Below, one piece after another: positions 47,709-57,764 of a stretch of DNA of 64,000 nt. The position numbers were made by a program, and so were the translations under genes. This DNA comes from an uncultured Candidatus Binatia bacterium (GTDB lineage: Bacteria > Desulfobacterota > Binatia > Bin18): the NCBI GenBank assembly GCA_965243735.1, contig CBDEVZ010000008.1, positions 1,624,302 to 1,688,301 on the forward strand, read 5' to 3'. The notes beneath the pieces were generated by a model. It saw only the letters and a list, made by a program, of their open reading frames with translations, searched no databases and was not told the DNA's origin. Position 1 is the stretch's first letter. Each line of letters starts with the position of its first letter.

Positions 47709-48608
47709 TCAGCGCGTGGGCGACCAGTTGTAGATGCGGGCCAGGCTGCCGCCCATGAGTGCGACGCGCTCGGCGTCGGACAGCTGGTCGGTGACCCGAA
47801 AGGCCTCAACCCCCTGCTCGTAGCTCAGCAGGCCGACCGCCCGGGTCCAGTCCGTGCCCCACAGGCAGCGCGCAAAGCCGTAGGCTTCGAAGATTCGTCC
47901 CAGGGGCTCCCAGATGTCGGCGTAGGGGAATGGCTGGTGCGACAGGGTGCACGCCCCGGAAATCTTGATGGCCACATTGTCATGCGCGGCCAGGGCGATG
48001 ACCTGACCGAGATCGGCAAAGGGCTCGGGCGGCGCGGGTGGCTCGAAAGGTTGGTGCAGGCCGACATGGTCCACAACGATCTGGGTGTTGGGGTTTCGGC
48101 GCGCCAGCTCGGCTAACAGCGGCAGTTTTCCCCAGCACAGCACGTTCACCGGCAGGCCGTGTCGCGCGCCGGCCGCCAGTATCCGATGCAGCCCGGGATC
48201 GTCGGCCGGCGGGTCACCCATCAGCATGATACGCGCCCCGACCACGCCCGGCCGTGCCGCCCATTCGGCAATCTCGTCGCCAACGGCTGCGACCCGGGGG
48301 TCGAACGGCTTGATCAGACCGAACCGGCCGGGATGCGTGGCCTGCACTTCGAGCACATAGCTGGCGTCGAAGCGGTACATGGTCCACGGCGAGACCAACA
48401 GGGCGCCGTCAACGCCAACGGCGTCCATCGCCGCCACCATGTCGTCGCCGGTGACCTCGGCCGGGCCGGGCAAGGGCCTGGCCCACGGCCGCCCCGGGTG
48501 GTCCCGTTCATAGGCGTGGACCTGCGAGTCGATAGTTGGGGTCGGGTCAGTTTGCGAAGCCATGCGCCCATGATGCATGCCAGCGGCTCGCCTGGCAAGC
48601 CGATACAC
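47709..48608 (-). CDS. Amidohydrolase-2 family metal-dependent hydrolase
   Basis: IDSQVHAY... TIM-barrel hydrolase pattern. Confidence 0.65.
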   Translation of the reverse strand: MYRLARRAAGMHHGRMASQTDPTPTIDSQVHAYERDHPGRPWARPLPGPAEVTGDDMVAAMDAVGVDGALLVSPWTMYRFDASYVLEVQATHPGRFGLIKPFDPRVAAVGDEIAEWAARPGVVGARIMLMGDPPADDPGLHRILAAGARHGLPVNVLCWGKLPLLAELARRNPNTQIVVDHVGLHQPFEPPAPPEPFADLGQVIALAAHDNVAIKISGACTLSHQPFPYADIWEPLGRIFEAYGFARCLWGTDWTRAVGLLSYEQGVEAFRVTDQLSDAERVALMGGSLARIYNWSPTR

Positions 48609-48640
48609 ACGCCGGAACCACGCGAGAAGGTCGATTGCGC

Positions 48641-49621
48641 CTAAGCCGGCTCTACACGTTTTGTGACTGGCTGGCTGGCTTTTGCGGCTTGATACTCGTG
48701 CCGCAGCCGGCCAACCAGCTCCCGCACGACCGGCACGTCGTGGATGCAGCCGGCCGTGTGTCCGGCGCTCCAGATGTCGCGGTAGCGCCTTTTGCTGCCG
48801 GGGTCGAGGTCTTTTGCCACATCGATCATGCCCCGCTCGGGAAGGGTGTCGGGGTCGAGTCCGGCGGCCTCAATCGACTGCCGAATCATATTGGTCTCCA
48901 GGCCGCTGAAGGCTTTGGTCAGCGTGATGCCGTCCATGTTGGTGCCGACGATCATGCGCTTATAGGCTTCTGGGGCCATGCTCTCCTGGGTGGCGATAAA
49001 ACGCGTGCCCATATACGCCAGGTTACAGCCCAGCGCTTCGGCGGCGTGCAGCGCCGTGCCGTCGGCCACCCCGCCGGCCAGGACAAGCGGGCCGTCAAAG
49101 ACTTCCCGGACCTGGCGGACAAAGGCGAAGGGGTTGGCCCAGCCGGTCTGACCGCCGGCCCCTGCGGTCAGGAGGATCAGGCCGTCCGAGCCGGCGGCCA
49201 GGGCTTTTTCCACATGCCGCATGCTGGCCACGTCGGCATACACCACGCCGCCGTAGTCGTGGATGGGCTCGATGATGGCGTGCGGGCTGCCGACGCTGGC
49301 GATGACCAGCTCAATCCGGTGCTTTCTGACCAACTCCAGATCGTCCTCCAAACGTGGGTTCGAGCGGTGCACAATCAGATTCGCGCACGGTGGCGCAACC
49401 GGCTGTTCGGGGTGGGCCGCCCGAAAATCGCTCAGCCGCCGGGTAATCTGACTCAGCCAGTCGTCCAACTGCTCAACGGTTCGACAGTTGGCGGTCGGGA
49501 AGGCACCGATAACGCCGGCCTGGCAGGCCTCAATGACCAGTTCCGGGCCGGATACCAGGAACATCGGAGCGGCGATCAGGGGCAGACACAAACGGTCGTC
49601 AAACTGGGCGGGAATGGGCAC
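48641..49621 (-). CDS. Nitronate monooxygenase (NMO / 2-nitropropane dioxygenase family)
   Basis: FMN-binding TIM-barrel pattern (LIAAPMFLVSGPELVIEACQAGVIGAFP). Confidence 0.8.
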   Translation of the reverse strand: MPIPAQFDDRLCLPLIAAPMFLVSGPELVIEACQAGVIGAFPTANCRTVEQLDDWLSQITRRLSDFRAAHPEQPVAPPCANLIVHRSNPRLEDDLELVRKHRIELVIASVGSPHAIIEPIHDYGGVVYADVASMRHVEKALAAGSDGLILLTAGAGGQTGWANPFAFVRQVREVFDGPLVLAGGVADGTALHAAEALGCNLAYMGTRFIATQESMAPEAYKRMIVGTNMDGITLTKAFSGLETNMIRQSIEAAGLDPDTLPERGMIDVAKDLDPGSKRRYRDIWSAGHTAGCIHDVPVVRELVGRLRHEYQAAKASQPVTKRVEPA

Positions 49622-49693
49622 GCAGACTTCTCCTTTGGGCGTCGTCGCCCCAGGTTCAGGCTGAACGGAAGCAGTCTTTGCGGACTGTCAGCA

Positions 49694-49796
49694 CGGTTCA
49701 CGATAGGCTGTCGTAGGTCGGATTAGCGGAGCGTAATCCGACACGTACGGGATGTCGGCTTACGCCTACGGCTCACCCGACCTACACGGCTACACA
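49694..49796 (-). repeat. MITE-like repeat (half B type with terminal inverted-repeat end), reverse orientation
   Basis: Reverse complement matches 54456-54558, including the terminal GCCCTATCGTGAA(G/C)CG. Confidence 0.5.
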
Positions 49797-49811
49797 TAAT
49801 GGTGAATTGCT

Positions 49812-50993
49812 CTAGCGCCGCAGAATGGCCAGACTACCGTCGCCAAAGTCGCCCCAGCCGGTCACCAGTCCGACCTGCGCGTTCGGCACCTGGCGCTGAC
49901 CGCAGTCGTGGCGCAGCTGACGGGTGGCCTCGACCACGTGGTTGAGGCCGGCCACATGGGCTTCCGAGTGCAGGCCGCCGTGGGTGTTCATCGGCAGCTC
50001 GCCGCCAAGCTCCAGACGCTGGTCTTTGACAAAGTCGGCGCCTTCACCCGGCTGACACAGGCCCAGGGCTTCGAGTTGCAGCAGTACGACATAGGTAAAG
50101 CAGTCGTAGACCTCAATGAAGTCGAGGTCCTGGCGGTCGATCTCGGCCATGTGCAGCGCCTTGGGGGTGGCGAAGCTGAGCCCGATCTTGAACGGGTCGG
50201 GTCGGGCCGGAATATCGTCGGCCGGGTAGGGGTGGCCTTCGGCCAGACCCGCGATATACACCGGCGTGTGTGGGCAGTCGGCGGCTCGCTCGGCGGCCGA
50301 GATCACCACCGCACAGGCGCCGTCCGTCTCCAGGCAGCAGTCGAACAGGCGAAACGGTTTGGCCACCCAGCGCGCGTTCAGATAATCCTCCATGGTCAGC
50401 GGACGGCCGCACATATAGGCTTTGTCGTTGAGCTGGGCGTGCTTGCGTGAGGCAAGGGCAATAGCTCCGGTGGCTTCGTCCGGGACCCCGTACAATGCCT
50501 TGTGGCGGGTGGCCATCCAGGCGTACCACTGGACCGGAACCGAGGCGCCAAAGGGCAGGTAGTACTCGTTGATGGTGGTCATCAGCGCGCCCAGGGCGCC
50601 GCTCATGCTGCCGCCCTTGTCGCTGCCCAGGCTGCGCACCCGCGCGCCCGAATAGCCCTTCCAGCCAAACGGCACCAGCACGTGGCGGGCTACACCGCAG
50701 GCTACGGCCAGGGCCGCGCTCTGCAGCGCGGTCACCGAGCTGGCGCCGCCCATATGCACCGTGGCGGCGTAGCGCAGGTCTTCGACGCCGAGGTTGGCCG
50801 CAAAATGCTCGGCCGTGGCAAACGGCGTCGGGGGCGGGATGATGCCGTCGATATCGTGGGGGCTGAGACCGGCGTCGGCAATCGCGTGCATCGACGCTTC
50901 CAGCATGAGGCTGAACTCTTTTTTATCGGTGCCGCGGGTGTAGGCGGTCTCTCCAACTCCCGTGATACACGCCTGATCTTTGAGTGACTGCAT
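49812..50993 (-). CDS. Thiolase-like (SCP-x / lipid-transfer-protein type acetyl-CoA acyltransferase)
   Basis: Thiolase-fold sequence with catalytic Cys region. Confidence 0.75.
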   Translation of the reverse strand: MQSLKDQACITGVGETAYTRGTDKKEFSLMLEASMHAIADAGLSPHDIDGIIPPPTPFATAEHFAANLGVEDLRYAATVHMGGASSVTALQSAALAVACGVARHVLVPFGWKGYSGARVRSLGSDKGGSMSGALGALMTTINEYYLPFGASVPVQWYAWMATRHKALYGVPDEATGAIALASRKHAQLNDKAYMCGRPLTMEDYLNARWVAKPFRLFDCCLETDGACAVVISAAERAADCPHTPVYIAGLAEGHPYPADDIPARPDPFKIGLSFATPKALHMAEIDRQDLDFIEVYDCFTYVVLLQLEALGLCQPGEGADFVKDQRLELGGELPMNTHGGLHSEAHVAGLNHVVEATRQLRHDCGQRQVPNAQVGLVTGWGDFGDGSLAILRR

Positions 50994-51132
50994 GGCTTCC
51001 TCCTGCTCCGCAGGCCTGAATGCTGTCTACATAGCCGGGCGTCCGGCACAACTCAAGGATCGGGCGGGCGGGGACAGCACCGGCCGTGTTTGCTATGCTC
51101 GGACGACCCACGCACACGAGAGGACTCCAGCT

Positions 51133-51981
51133 ATGGCACAGCACATGTTTGGCATGAAGAAATCGTTCATTTCCGAGGTCACTCTTCCGTCGGGCATATC
51201 TGGGCCGGCGTGGTGGTTTGGCTTTCACCGCAACCGTCTGCTGGTGCAGGTCACCGACCGCGGGCTGGCGGTCCCATACACCGAGCGGTTTACCGAGCTG
51301 GGCCTGACCGCCAAGCAGCAGTACTATCTCGGCCGTTACGAGGGACGGCCGTGCTACGCGGTAGACGTGGCGGAAGACACGCCTCCCGGCGGTATGGACT
51401 TCAAGGACTTGCGTCAGGTGTACGGCTCGCTGGAGGAAGACCTGTTCGTCTTGGGCGGCCGGGCGGTCCAGATTGTGGAGTGGGACCGTAACCACCAGTA
51501 CTGCGGCCGGTGCGGCAGCAAGACCTACACCAAGGACAACGAGCGGGCCAAGGCCTGTCACGAGTGCAAGCTGATGAATTTCCCGCGTCTGTCACCCGCA
51601 GTCATCATGGCGGTTGAGAGGGGCGACAAACTGTTGCTGGCCCGCTCGGCGCATTTTCCTACCGGCCTGTACAGCGTCCTGGCCGGTTTTGTCGAACCGG
51701 GCGAGACGATTGAGGAGTGTGTGGTGCGAGAGGTCCGGGAAGAGGTCGGTATTACGGTCGGCAAGGTGCGCTATGTGGCCAGTCAGCCGTGGCCGTTTCC
51801 AAACTCGCTGATGCTGGGCTTTAACGCCGAGTACCTCGACGGAGAGATCAGGCCCGACCCGGTCGAAATTGCCGAGGCCGGCTGGTTCACTGCCGACGCG
51901 CTGCCGTCCATCCCGGGCCGGATAAGCATTGCCCGGCGGCTGATCGACCGCTTTGTGGAAAAGCAGGCGGGCAGAGCCTAG
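51133..51981 (+). CDS. nudC: NAD(+) diphosphatase NudC (Nudix hydrolase with zinc ribbon)
   Basis: CGRCGSK...CHEC zinc ribbon plus Nudix box GFVEPGETIEECVVREVREEVG. ORF 50980.. trimmed to ATG 51133. Confidence 0.8.
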   Translation: MAQHMFGMKKSFISEVTLPSGISGPAWWFGFHRNRLLVQVTDRGLAVPYTERFTELGLTAKQQYYLGRYEGRPCYAVDVAEDTPPGGMDFKDLRQVYGSLEEDLFVLGGRAVQIVEWDRNHQYCGRCGSKTYTKDNERAKACHECKLMNFPRLSPAVIMAVERGDKLLLARSAHFPTGLYSVLAGFVEPGETIEECVVREVREEVGITVGKVRYVASQPWPFPNSLMLGFNAEYLDGEIRPDPVEIAEAGWFTADALPSIPGRISIARRLIDRFVEKQAGRA

Positions 51982-52163
51982 AAAAAGCAGTGCCACCCCA
52001 CGCGAGGTGGCCAGCTTGCCGCAGATCTCGGATCCTTCGGAGATCTTCCAGCACTGATCGGCCTTGACCGAAGATGCGTCCCGGCTACAATCCAATCATG
52101 CGCCCGTCCGGGTGATCGTGAATATACCTTTCCCGAGCAAGAGCAATTAAGGACAGCGATTTC

Positions 52164-53300
52164 ATGTCCACAGAACTCTCTGGCAAAGACCTCCATCTTT
52201 CGAGTCTGGCGATCATGGGGTTTCGGGGGATCGAAGACCTTTCGATCCCCCGTTTAGGCCGCGTGACGCTCTTCGTGGGGAAGAACGGAGTTGGCAAGAC
52301 GACTCTGCTTGAGGCCGTCCGTCTCTATGCTGCGCGCGGGCGTGACTCTCTTTTCGCGGATATATTGCGGAATCGTGAAGAGATGGCTGACACTGTCGAT
52401 GAGGACGGCGACAAAAAGCTCGTACTCAATTGGGAGGCTCTCTTCCATGGTCGGCACGCCTCATCAGATGCTTGTATCTCAATAGGTCCGATTATTGAGA
52501 CAGAACAGCTCTGCATTCGGACCATTCCATTAAGTGAAAAGATCGCTAAGGCATTAGGAAAGCTCACCAGCGGGCATTCCTCAGGCGAGGAGGTGAAGGT
52601 GCTCAGGGTCGAGTTTCACGGTGCGACTCAAGAATATCCGATGTCTGAATCTCCGACCGAGCAAGCATTATTACGTGAGCTGACGAAATTTTTTGATGAT
52701 GAACCCCAGCTGCTATCTGAAATCCTATGCGAGTCTCTGGGACCGAGTTTGCTGACTGATATGGACATGGCGCGGTTCTGGGATGAGATAGCGCTCACAG
52801 ATGATGAACCCCGGGTCGTGCAGGCTCTGAATCTGATCTTTGGCGATATAGTGGACCGTGTCGCGGTAGTTGGAGATGACAGGAAAAATAGTACTCCTCA
52901 TGGCCGCCGGGCGGTCGTGAAGATCAAAGGGCAAGATCGTCCGGTCCCCCTGAAAAGTCTCGGCGATGGAGCTGTGCGCCTGTTTGGTGTCGCTTTGGCT
53001 CTTGCTAACAGCCGAAATGGTCTCCTGGTTATCGACGAGGCGGAAAACGGACTCCACTATGCGGCGCAGCGCAATTTCTGGAAGATGGTTCTGAGAGCGG
53101 CGCACGAGAACAACGCGCAGGTTTTCGCAACGACACATAGCTGGGACTGTGTGGCAGGCTTTGCTCAAGCGGCAACGGATGTAGATGAGGTGGAAGGCGT
53201 TCTTGTTCGCCTTGAGAGGGACGGCAGCCGCATCCGTGCAGTAGAATACTCCGAGGACGATCTCAAAATCGCAGCCGAGCAAGGCATTGAGGTCAGATAG
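52164..53300 (+). CDS. AAA/ABC-like ATPase (AAA_21/OLD-like; RloA/AbiLi-like) of a two-gene putative defence module
   Basis: Walker A (GKNGVGKTT) at the N-terminus. C-terminal LLVIDEAENGLH (Walker B/D-loop) and FATTHS (H-loop). Lower GC than flanks. Confidence 0.7.
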   Translation: MSTELSGKDLHLSSLAIMGFRGIEDLSIPRLGRVTLFVGKNGVGKTTLLEAVRLYAARGRDSLFADILRNREEMADTVDEDGDKKLVLNWEALFHGRHASSDACISIGPIIETEQLCIRTIPLSEKIAKALGKLTSGHSSGEEVKVLRVEFHGATQEYPMSESPTEQALLRELTKFFDDEPQLLSEILCESLGPSLLTDMDMARFWDEIALTDDEPRVVQALNLIFGDIVDRVAVVGDDRKNSTPHGRRAVVKIKGQDRPVPLKSLGDGAVRLFGVALALANSRNGLLVIDEAENGLHYAAQRNFWKMVLRAAHENNAQVFATTHSWDCVAGFAQAATDVDEVEGVLVRLERDGSRIRAVEYSEDDLKIAAEQGIEVR

Positions 53301-53303
53301 TCT

Positions 53304-53921
53304 GTGGCTCAGCCTACTTCGTCACCCTCTCGTATCCTTTTAGTCGAAGGACAGAATGACAAGCACGTCGTTCTGCATCTCCGTGCCAGGCGTCCATTGA
53401 CATTGGACTTTGACGTTCGGGACACGGGAGGTATTGACCAACTGCTCCCGTCTATCGGTCCTGAAATCAAGGTTTCAGGGCGACAGGTCGTCGGTATTCT
53501 CGTGGATGCAGACGACAATATGACAGCGCGTTGGGACGCCGTCACAGATCGACTCTCGAAGGCCGGTATCTCGCCACCGCCGTCTCCCGATTCAGCCGGG
53601 ACGATCATAGACGGAACACCTCGCATTGGTATCTGGCTAATGCCGAATAATGAAGCGTCCGGCGAGCTTGAGGATTTTGTCGTGCGAATGATCCCTGGCG
53701 GGGATCAGGTTTGGCCGTTATCCCGGCGCTACATAGAAGAGATTCCAGAAACGGAGAGAAAGTTTTCAGAGAAGAAAAAGCTGAGGGCGCAGCTCTACGC
53801 CTGGCTGGCGGCTAGGGAGGACCCCAGGCAGATGGGGTTAGCCATTCGCGCGGGCGATTTGGAAGTCGATAGCGAACTCAGCCAGAAATTTATTGCCTGG
53901 CTTACGAAACTGTTCGGATAA
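53304..53921 (+). CDS. TOPRIM-like DUF4435/RloB-family protein, partner of the upstream ATPase
   Basis: LLVEGQND (conserved Glu) and ILVDADDN (DxD) TOPRIM motifs. Starts 4 nt after the ATPase stop. Confidence 0.55.
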   Translation: MAQPTSSPSRILLVEGQNDKHVVLHLRARRPLTLDFDVRDTGGIDQLLPSIGPEIKVSGRQVVGILVDADDNMTARWDAVTDRLSKAGISPPPSPDSAGTIIDGTPRIGIWLMPNNEASGELEDFVVRMIPGGDQVWPLSRRYIEEIPETERKFSEKKKLRAQLYAWLAAREDPRQMGLAIRAGDLEVDSELSQKFIAWLTKLFG

Positions 53922-54213
53922 CTTCGGAGAGAATGCACTCACGCGGCTGGTGTCCGGAAATCTTGTCCTGCCGGCTCCGGCAATCAGCGGATACGCAGGC
54001 GGGTAGAAAGACACAGCATGGTTGTCTCGTCGGGTGACTTCTCTGGAGCCATGAACTTGCCATTCGCCAGAATCCTCCTCTAACACAGGCCGGCCCGTCA
54101 CATCGCAAACCCAGAGCCAAGCCGGCGTCTGAGATCGTTTGCGCTGCGGTTTGAGACAGCCGCTCTGGATCCAGGGTCCAGAAGATGAGGGCTGACGTAT
54201 CCAGCACGATCAT
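53902..54213 (-). pseudogene. Degraded PIN-domain (VapC-like) toxin
   Basis: N-terminus MIVLDTSALIF... is PIN-like and its ATG overlaps the antitoxin stop (TAATG). The rest of the ORF has no PIN features, and its 3' end overlaps the + strand TOPRIM gene. Confidence 0.3.
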
Positions 54214-54443
54214 TACAGCTCGCCCCATTCGTCGGTGGTCGGTGCATTGACATCTTCACGGTAGATGACTTTGCCCTGCATGGTGCCGAACACCTCTTTC
54301 ACTGTCTTTTTTTGGGCAATAGGCTGAATGCGTAAAACGGGGCGATTATGATCTGTGACGATTAATTCTTCGCCGGTTTCTTCAATATCGCGAAAGATTC
54401 GCAGCATGTTGGCTTTCAATTTACTCTTGGAGATGGACGGCAT
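54213..54443 (-). CDS. Type II antitoxin, Phd/YefM (VapB-like) family
   Basis: 76 aa. ISKSKLKANMLRIFRDIEETGEELIVTDHNRPVLRIQP matches the Phd/YefM fold pattern. Coupled to the downstream PIN remnant. Confidence 0.6.
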   Translation of the reverse strand: MPSISKSKLKANMLRIFRDIEETGEELIVTDHNRPVLRIQPIAQKKTVKEVFGTMQGKVIYREDVNAPTTDEWGEL

Positions 54444-54455
54444 TATCTTCTCCTA

Positions 54456-54558
54456 GCCGTGTAGGTCAGGTTAGCCGGAGGCGTAACCTGACATCCCGTA
54501 CGTGTCGGATTACGCTCCGCTAATCCGACCTACTACGCCCTATCGTGAAGCGCACTAG
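54456..54558 (+). repeat. MITE-like repeat (half B + terminal inverted repeat)
   Basis: 54456-54537 matches 11428-11508 with 1 mismatch. Terminal GCCCTATCGTGAAGCGC is the inverted counterpart of GCGTTTCACGTTAGGC at 11288. Confidence 0.55.
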
Positions 54559-56000
54559 GCGGCCACATGCACCGGCGGGCGCTTGTCGGCCCACGGCTTT
54601 GCCTCTTCCAGCTGAGCGGCCAGGCGCAGCAAGCCTGCCTCGTCCCCGAAACGACCGACAAACTGCACCCCAACCGGCAGGCCATCGGCGCTCCAGTGCA
54701 GGGGCAGCGAGATGGCCGGCTGACCGGTCGTATTGAACAGCGGCGTAAAGGGCACGTAGGAGAAGACCTGGCGGGTCCACTCCATCGCCGTCATACCGGC
54801 CCGGTTCTGGTTGACTTCTCCGTGCGGCGCGGGCGGTTTGGCAATGGTCGGCGTCACAAAGACATCGATGTCTTCAAAGAAGCGACCGACGATGCGGGAC
54901 AGGCGACCACCGTGGTCCATGGATTTCAGCAGATCAACCGCGCTGTATTTCTTGCCGTCTTCCCAGACGGCCAGCGTCACGGCTTCCAGTGTATCCGGGC
55001 TCGGCGAACGCCCCATTTCCGTAGCCAGACCTTCAATCGCCATGGTATTATACGCGGCCCAGATCACGTGAACGTTCTCAAGGAACTCCTCCCAGTCATA
55101 CTCCGGCCGGCCTTCATGCACCGTATGGCCGAGTTCCTCCAGTAGCCGCACGGTGTCATGGACCGCTCGCTCGCATTCCGGGTCAACCTTCTCGCCCGAA
55201 GCGGGTGCTGTGGTCCAGGCGATGCGCAGTGTCCCCGGCGCCGCACCTGGTTCCTCACGGTAGGGACGGGCTGGCGGGACCGGCAGGCCGGGCGCACCGG
55301 CATCGGCGCCGGCCACGATGTCGAGCAGCGTCGCGGAGTCGCGGACACTGCGCGAGACAACAAACTCACACGCCAGGCCGCACAGCGGATCAGAAAAGTC
55401 GGGTCCGGTCGGCACCCGGTCGCGCGAGGGCTTGAGGCCGACCAGACCGTTGCACGAGGCCGGAATACGGATAGAGCCGCCGCCGTCGTTGGCATGGGCA
55501 ACCGGCACGATACCGGCGGCGACCGACGCGGCGGACCCGCCGCTCGAACCGCCGGCGCTATGACCGGCCTTCCACGGGTTGTGGACCGGCCCGAACAGAA
55601 CGGTCTCGGTCGTCGGGTTATAGCCCAGCTCTGGGGTTTGGGTCGTGCCGGTCAGCACAAACCCGGCACGCCGAAAGCGCGCCATGAGTTCGGAATCCTC
55701 AGGGGCGACATAGCCCTGGGCCAGCCGTGAGCCCATGTCGAGGCGGACGCCCTTGGCGTGCAGAACCAGTTCTTTGATCAGAAACGGCACGCCGCTGAAG
55801 GGACCGTGCGGCAAGCCTGCCTGAATCTCGGCCCGTGCCTGGTCTGCCAGCACCTGGAGTACGGCGTTCAGTTGCGGGTTGAGCTTTTCGATGGCCTGGA
55901 CTGCGGTGGCCACCAGTTCTTCGGCGCTGACTTCGTTGCGCGCTACCAGCTCAGCCAGTCCGAGTCCGTCATACTTTGCATATTCACTCAGAGACAGCAT
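54555..56000 (-). CDS. Amidase (amidase-signature family)
   Basis: [14 protein letters not shown] amidase signature; 481 aa. Confidence 0.85.
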   Translation of the reverse strand: MLSLSEYAKYDGLGLAELVARNEVSAEELVATAVQAIEKLNPQLNAVLQVLADQARAEIQAGLPHGPFSGVPFLIKELVLHAKGVRLDMGSRLAQGYVAPEDSELMARFRRAGFVLTGTTQTPELGYNPTTETVLFGPVHNPWKAGHSAGGSSGGSAASVAAGIVPVAHANDGGGSIRIPASCNGLVGLKPSRDRVPTGPDFSDPLCGLACEFVVSRSVRDSATLLDIVAGADAGAPGLPVPPARPYREEPGAAPGTLRIAWTTAPASGEKVDPECERAVHDTVRLLEELGHTVHEGRPEYDWEEFLENVHVIWAAYNTMAIEGLATEMGRSPSPDTLEAVTLAVWEDGKKYSAVDLLKSMDHGGRLSRIVGRFFEDIDVFVTPTIAKPPAPHGEVNQNRAGMTAMEWTRQVFSYVPFTPLFNTTGQPAISLPLHWSADGLPVGVQFVGRFGDEAGLLRLAAQLEEAKPWADKRPPVHVAA

Positions 56001-56104
56001 CGTTGCACCCTCCTTTGTTGGGGAGCCCCCAGCCTAGCATGTCGTACTCGAAAGCGTCCACGCATCGGCTGAGGGATCGCACCGTGAGAGAGTTTCTGCA
56101 CTTG

Positions 56105-57313
56105 CTACCGCAGCCCGGACCGCAGGGCCGCAAACCAGAACCCGACCGCGCCGAGGAGGGCCACGCCGAGGAGGACGCCGAGCATCCAGGCCGGGTCGCC
56201 GGTGGCGGTCCAGATGGCGGCCGTGCCGAGCGGGGCCAGGGCCGAGGCGACCATCATCGGCGCGCCCATCACCCCGATGGTCTTGGCGTAGTGCTCCCGG
56301 CCCAGCCACTCGGCCGGCGCCACCCCGCGCAGAATGCTGGTGATGCCGTTGGTGATGCCAAAGGCGGTCGCAAAGAGAATCAGCCAGCCGAGTCGGGGTG
56401 GCGAAACGAGCAGGATTGTGACCGCGCCGAGGCTGAGTGTCGTTGTCAGCGCACCGACCAGACTGATGCGCGCCCGCTCGCCAAAGGCCATCATCGTCAG
56501 GCGTCCGACGAACTGCATCGGACCGATCAAAGCGGCCGCAATCACGATGGTAGCCGTCTCGACCCCGATTGACTTGAGATACGGCACGAGCTGAAACACG
56601 AGGCCGGACAGGCTGGCCCACCAGGCCGTGAACCACACGCACAGTCCCCAGAACAGCGGGTCGCGCAGGCGCAGGCGCATGACTGCCCGAGCCTCGTCCG
56701 AGGACGAGGGCGCGGCATCCTCGGCAGTGCTGCGAGCGAGGGATCGCGACGGCATCAGCCACCAGTGGATGGGAATGCAGATACAGACGTGGAGACCGGC
56801 CAGCACCAGCAGCACCTCGCGCCAGGTGAGCACGGTCAGGAGGCTTTCAATCAGGGGGATGAACACCGTGCTGGCAAAGCCGGCGACGAGGGTCAGGGCG
56901 GTAATCGCCCGCCGGGCGTCGGTCCCAAAGTGCTGGGTGAGGACGGCAAAAGCGGGATCATACAGGATGGCCGCCATGCACGCGCCGAGTCCCAGCCAGA
57001 CGGCGTACAAGGCCACGGGCTGTTCGACCTGCGACCAGACTGCCAGGAGCAGACTCGCGCCCAGCGAGCCGCCGGTCATGATGACCCGCCCGCCGTAGCG
57101 GTCGATAATTGCCCCGACCGGATAGGCGCACAGCCCGGCCGTCAGCAGGCCGACGGTGGCGGCGCCGTTGAGCAGCGGCAGGGACCAGCCGAACGCGTCG
57201 GCCATGGGCAGGACGAACAACGGGAAGCCGTAGAAGATCGATCCCCAGGACACGATCTGAGCGCTGCCGAGCGCCGTAATAATCACGGCCGGATGCCGCC
57301 TCAGCGATTGCAT
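56105..57313 (-). CDS. MFS transporter
   Basis: 12 predicted TM helices with MFS-like loop motifs. Confidence 0.8.
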   Translation of the reverse strand: MQSLRRHPAVIITALGSAQIVSWGSIFYGFPLFVLPMADAFGWSLPLLNGAATVGLLTAGLCAYPVGAIIDRYGGRVIMTGGSLGASLLLAVWSQVEQPVALYAVWLGLGACMAAILYDPAFAVLTQHFGTDARRAITALTLVAGFASTVFIPLIESLLTVLTWREVLLVLAGLHVCICIPIHWWLMPSRSLARSTAEDAAPSSSDEARAVMRLRLRDPLFWGLCVWFTAWWASLSGLVFQLVPYLKSIGVETATIVIAAALIGPMQFVGRLTMMAFGERARISLVGALTTTLSLGAVTILLVSPPRLGWLILFATAFGITNGITSILRGVAPAEWLGREHYAKTIGVMGAPMMVASALAPLGTAAIWTATGDPAWMLGVLLGVALLGAVGFWFAALRSGLR

Positions 57314-57490
57314 GGATCGAATACCGGGTTCGGCCTCGCGGGGCCAACACAGGGATCACGGATGCGTGCCTGCCGACCCTAGCAGGACGCAGCCTGGAAC
57401 AAAACCGTCCGTACCGGGCGGGTGGTGTCTCACTTTGCAATTCTCTTTTCTCGGTAGGGGCGACGCATGCGTCGCCCCTACTCCTGACGC

Positions 57491-57570
57491 AGAAATCCCC
57501 CTGCGCTTCGCGCTTCCCCCTTTGACAAAGGGAACAACATACTTGAAACACACCAACTGATCCGCTAGAC
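57491..57570 (+). repeat. Inverted copy of the IS1595-element terminal repeat (partner of 60205-60283)
   Basis: CCCCCTTTGACAAAGGGAACAACATACTTGAAACACAC matches the reverse complement of 60238-60275 (CCCCCTTTGTCAAGGGAACAATATACTTGACGCACAG) with a few mismatches. Similarity extends to ...TAGACTCTCCC versus ...TAGACTGTCCC. Confidence 0.5.
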
Positions 57571-57764
57571 TCTCCCCCGTCTCACTCTCAAGCGTATGGC
57601 TCGATAGGTCGGGCCTGCGGTTGAATACCACAGTGGCGTGAGACGGAGGAGTAGCTACCCCCGTCGCCGCGAATAGACCGCACAATCTCAGCCATACGCT
57701 GTGAGTGGGACACGGCCCGGCAACTCTCACCCGTCGCGGCCGTGTCCTGCCACAGGAGGCCGCT

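Noticed and set aside
57457-57478. Perfect 22-bp palindrome GGGGCGACGCATGCGTCGCCCC as a terminator
   Set aside because: The T-rich run precedes rather than follows it on the + strand, and no A-tract precedes it for the - strand. It lies upstream of the MFS start next to the IS inverted-repeat copy, so it is more likely part of that element or a protein-binding site.
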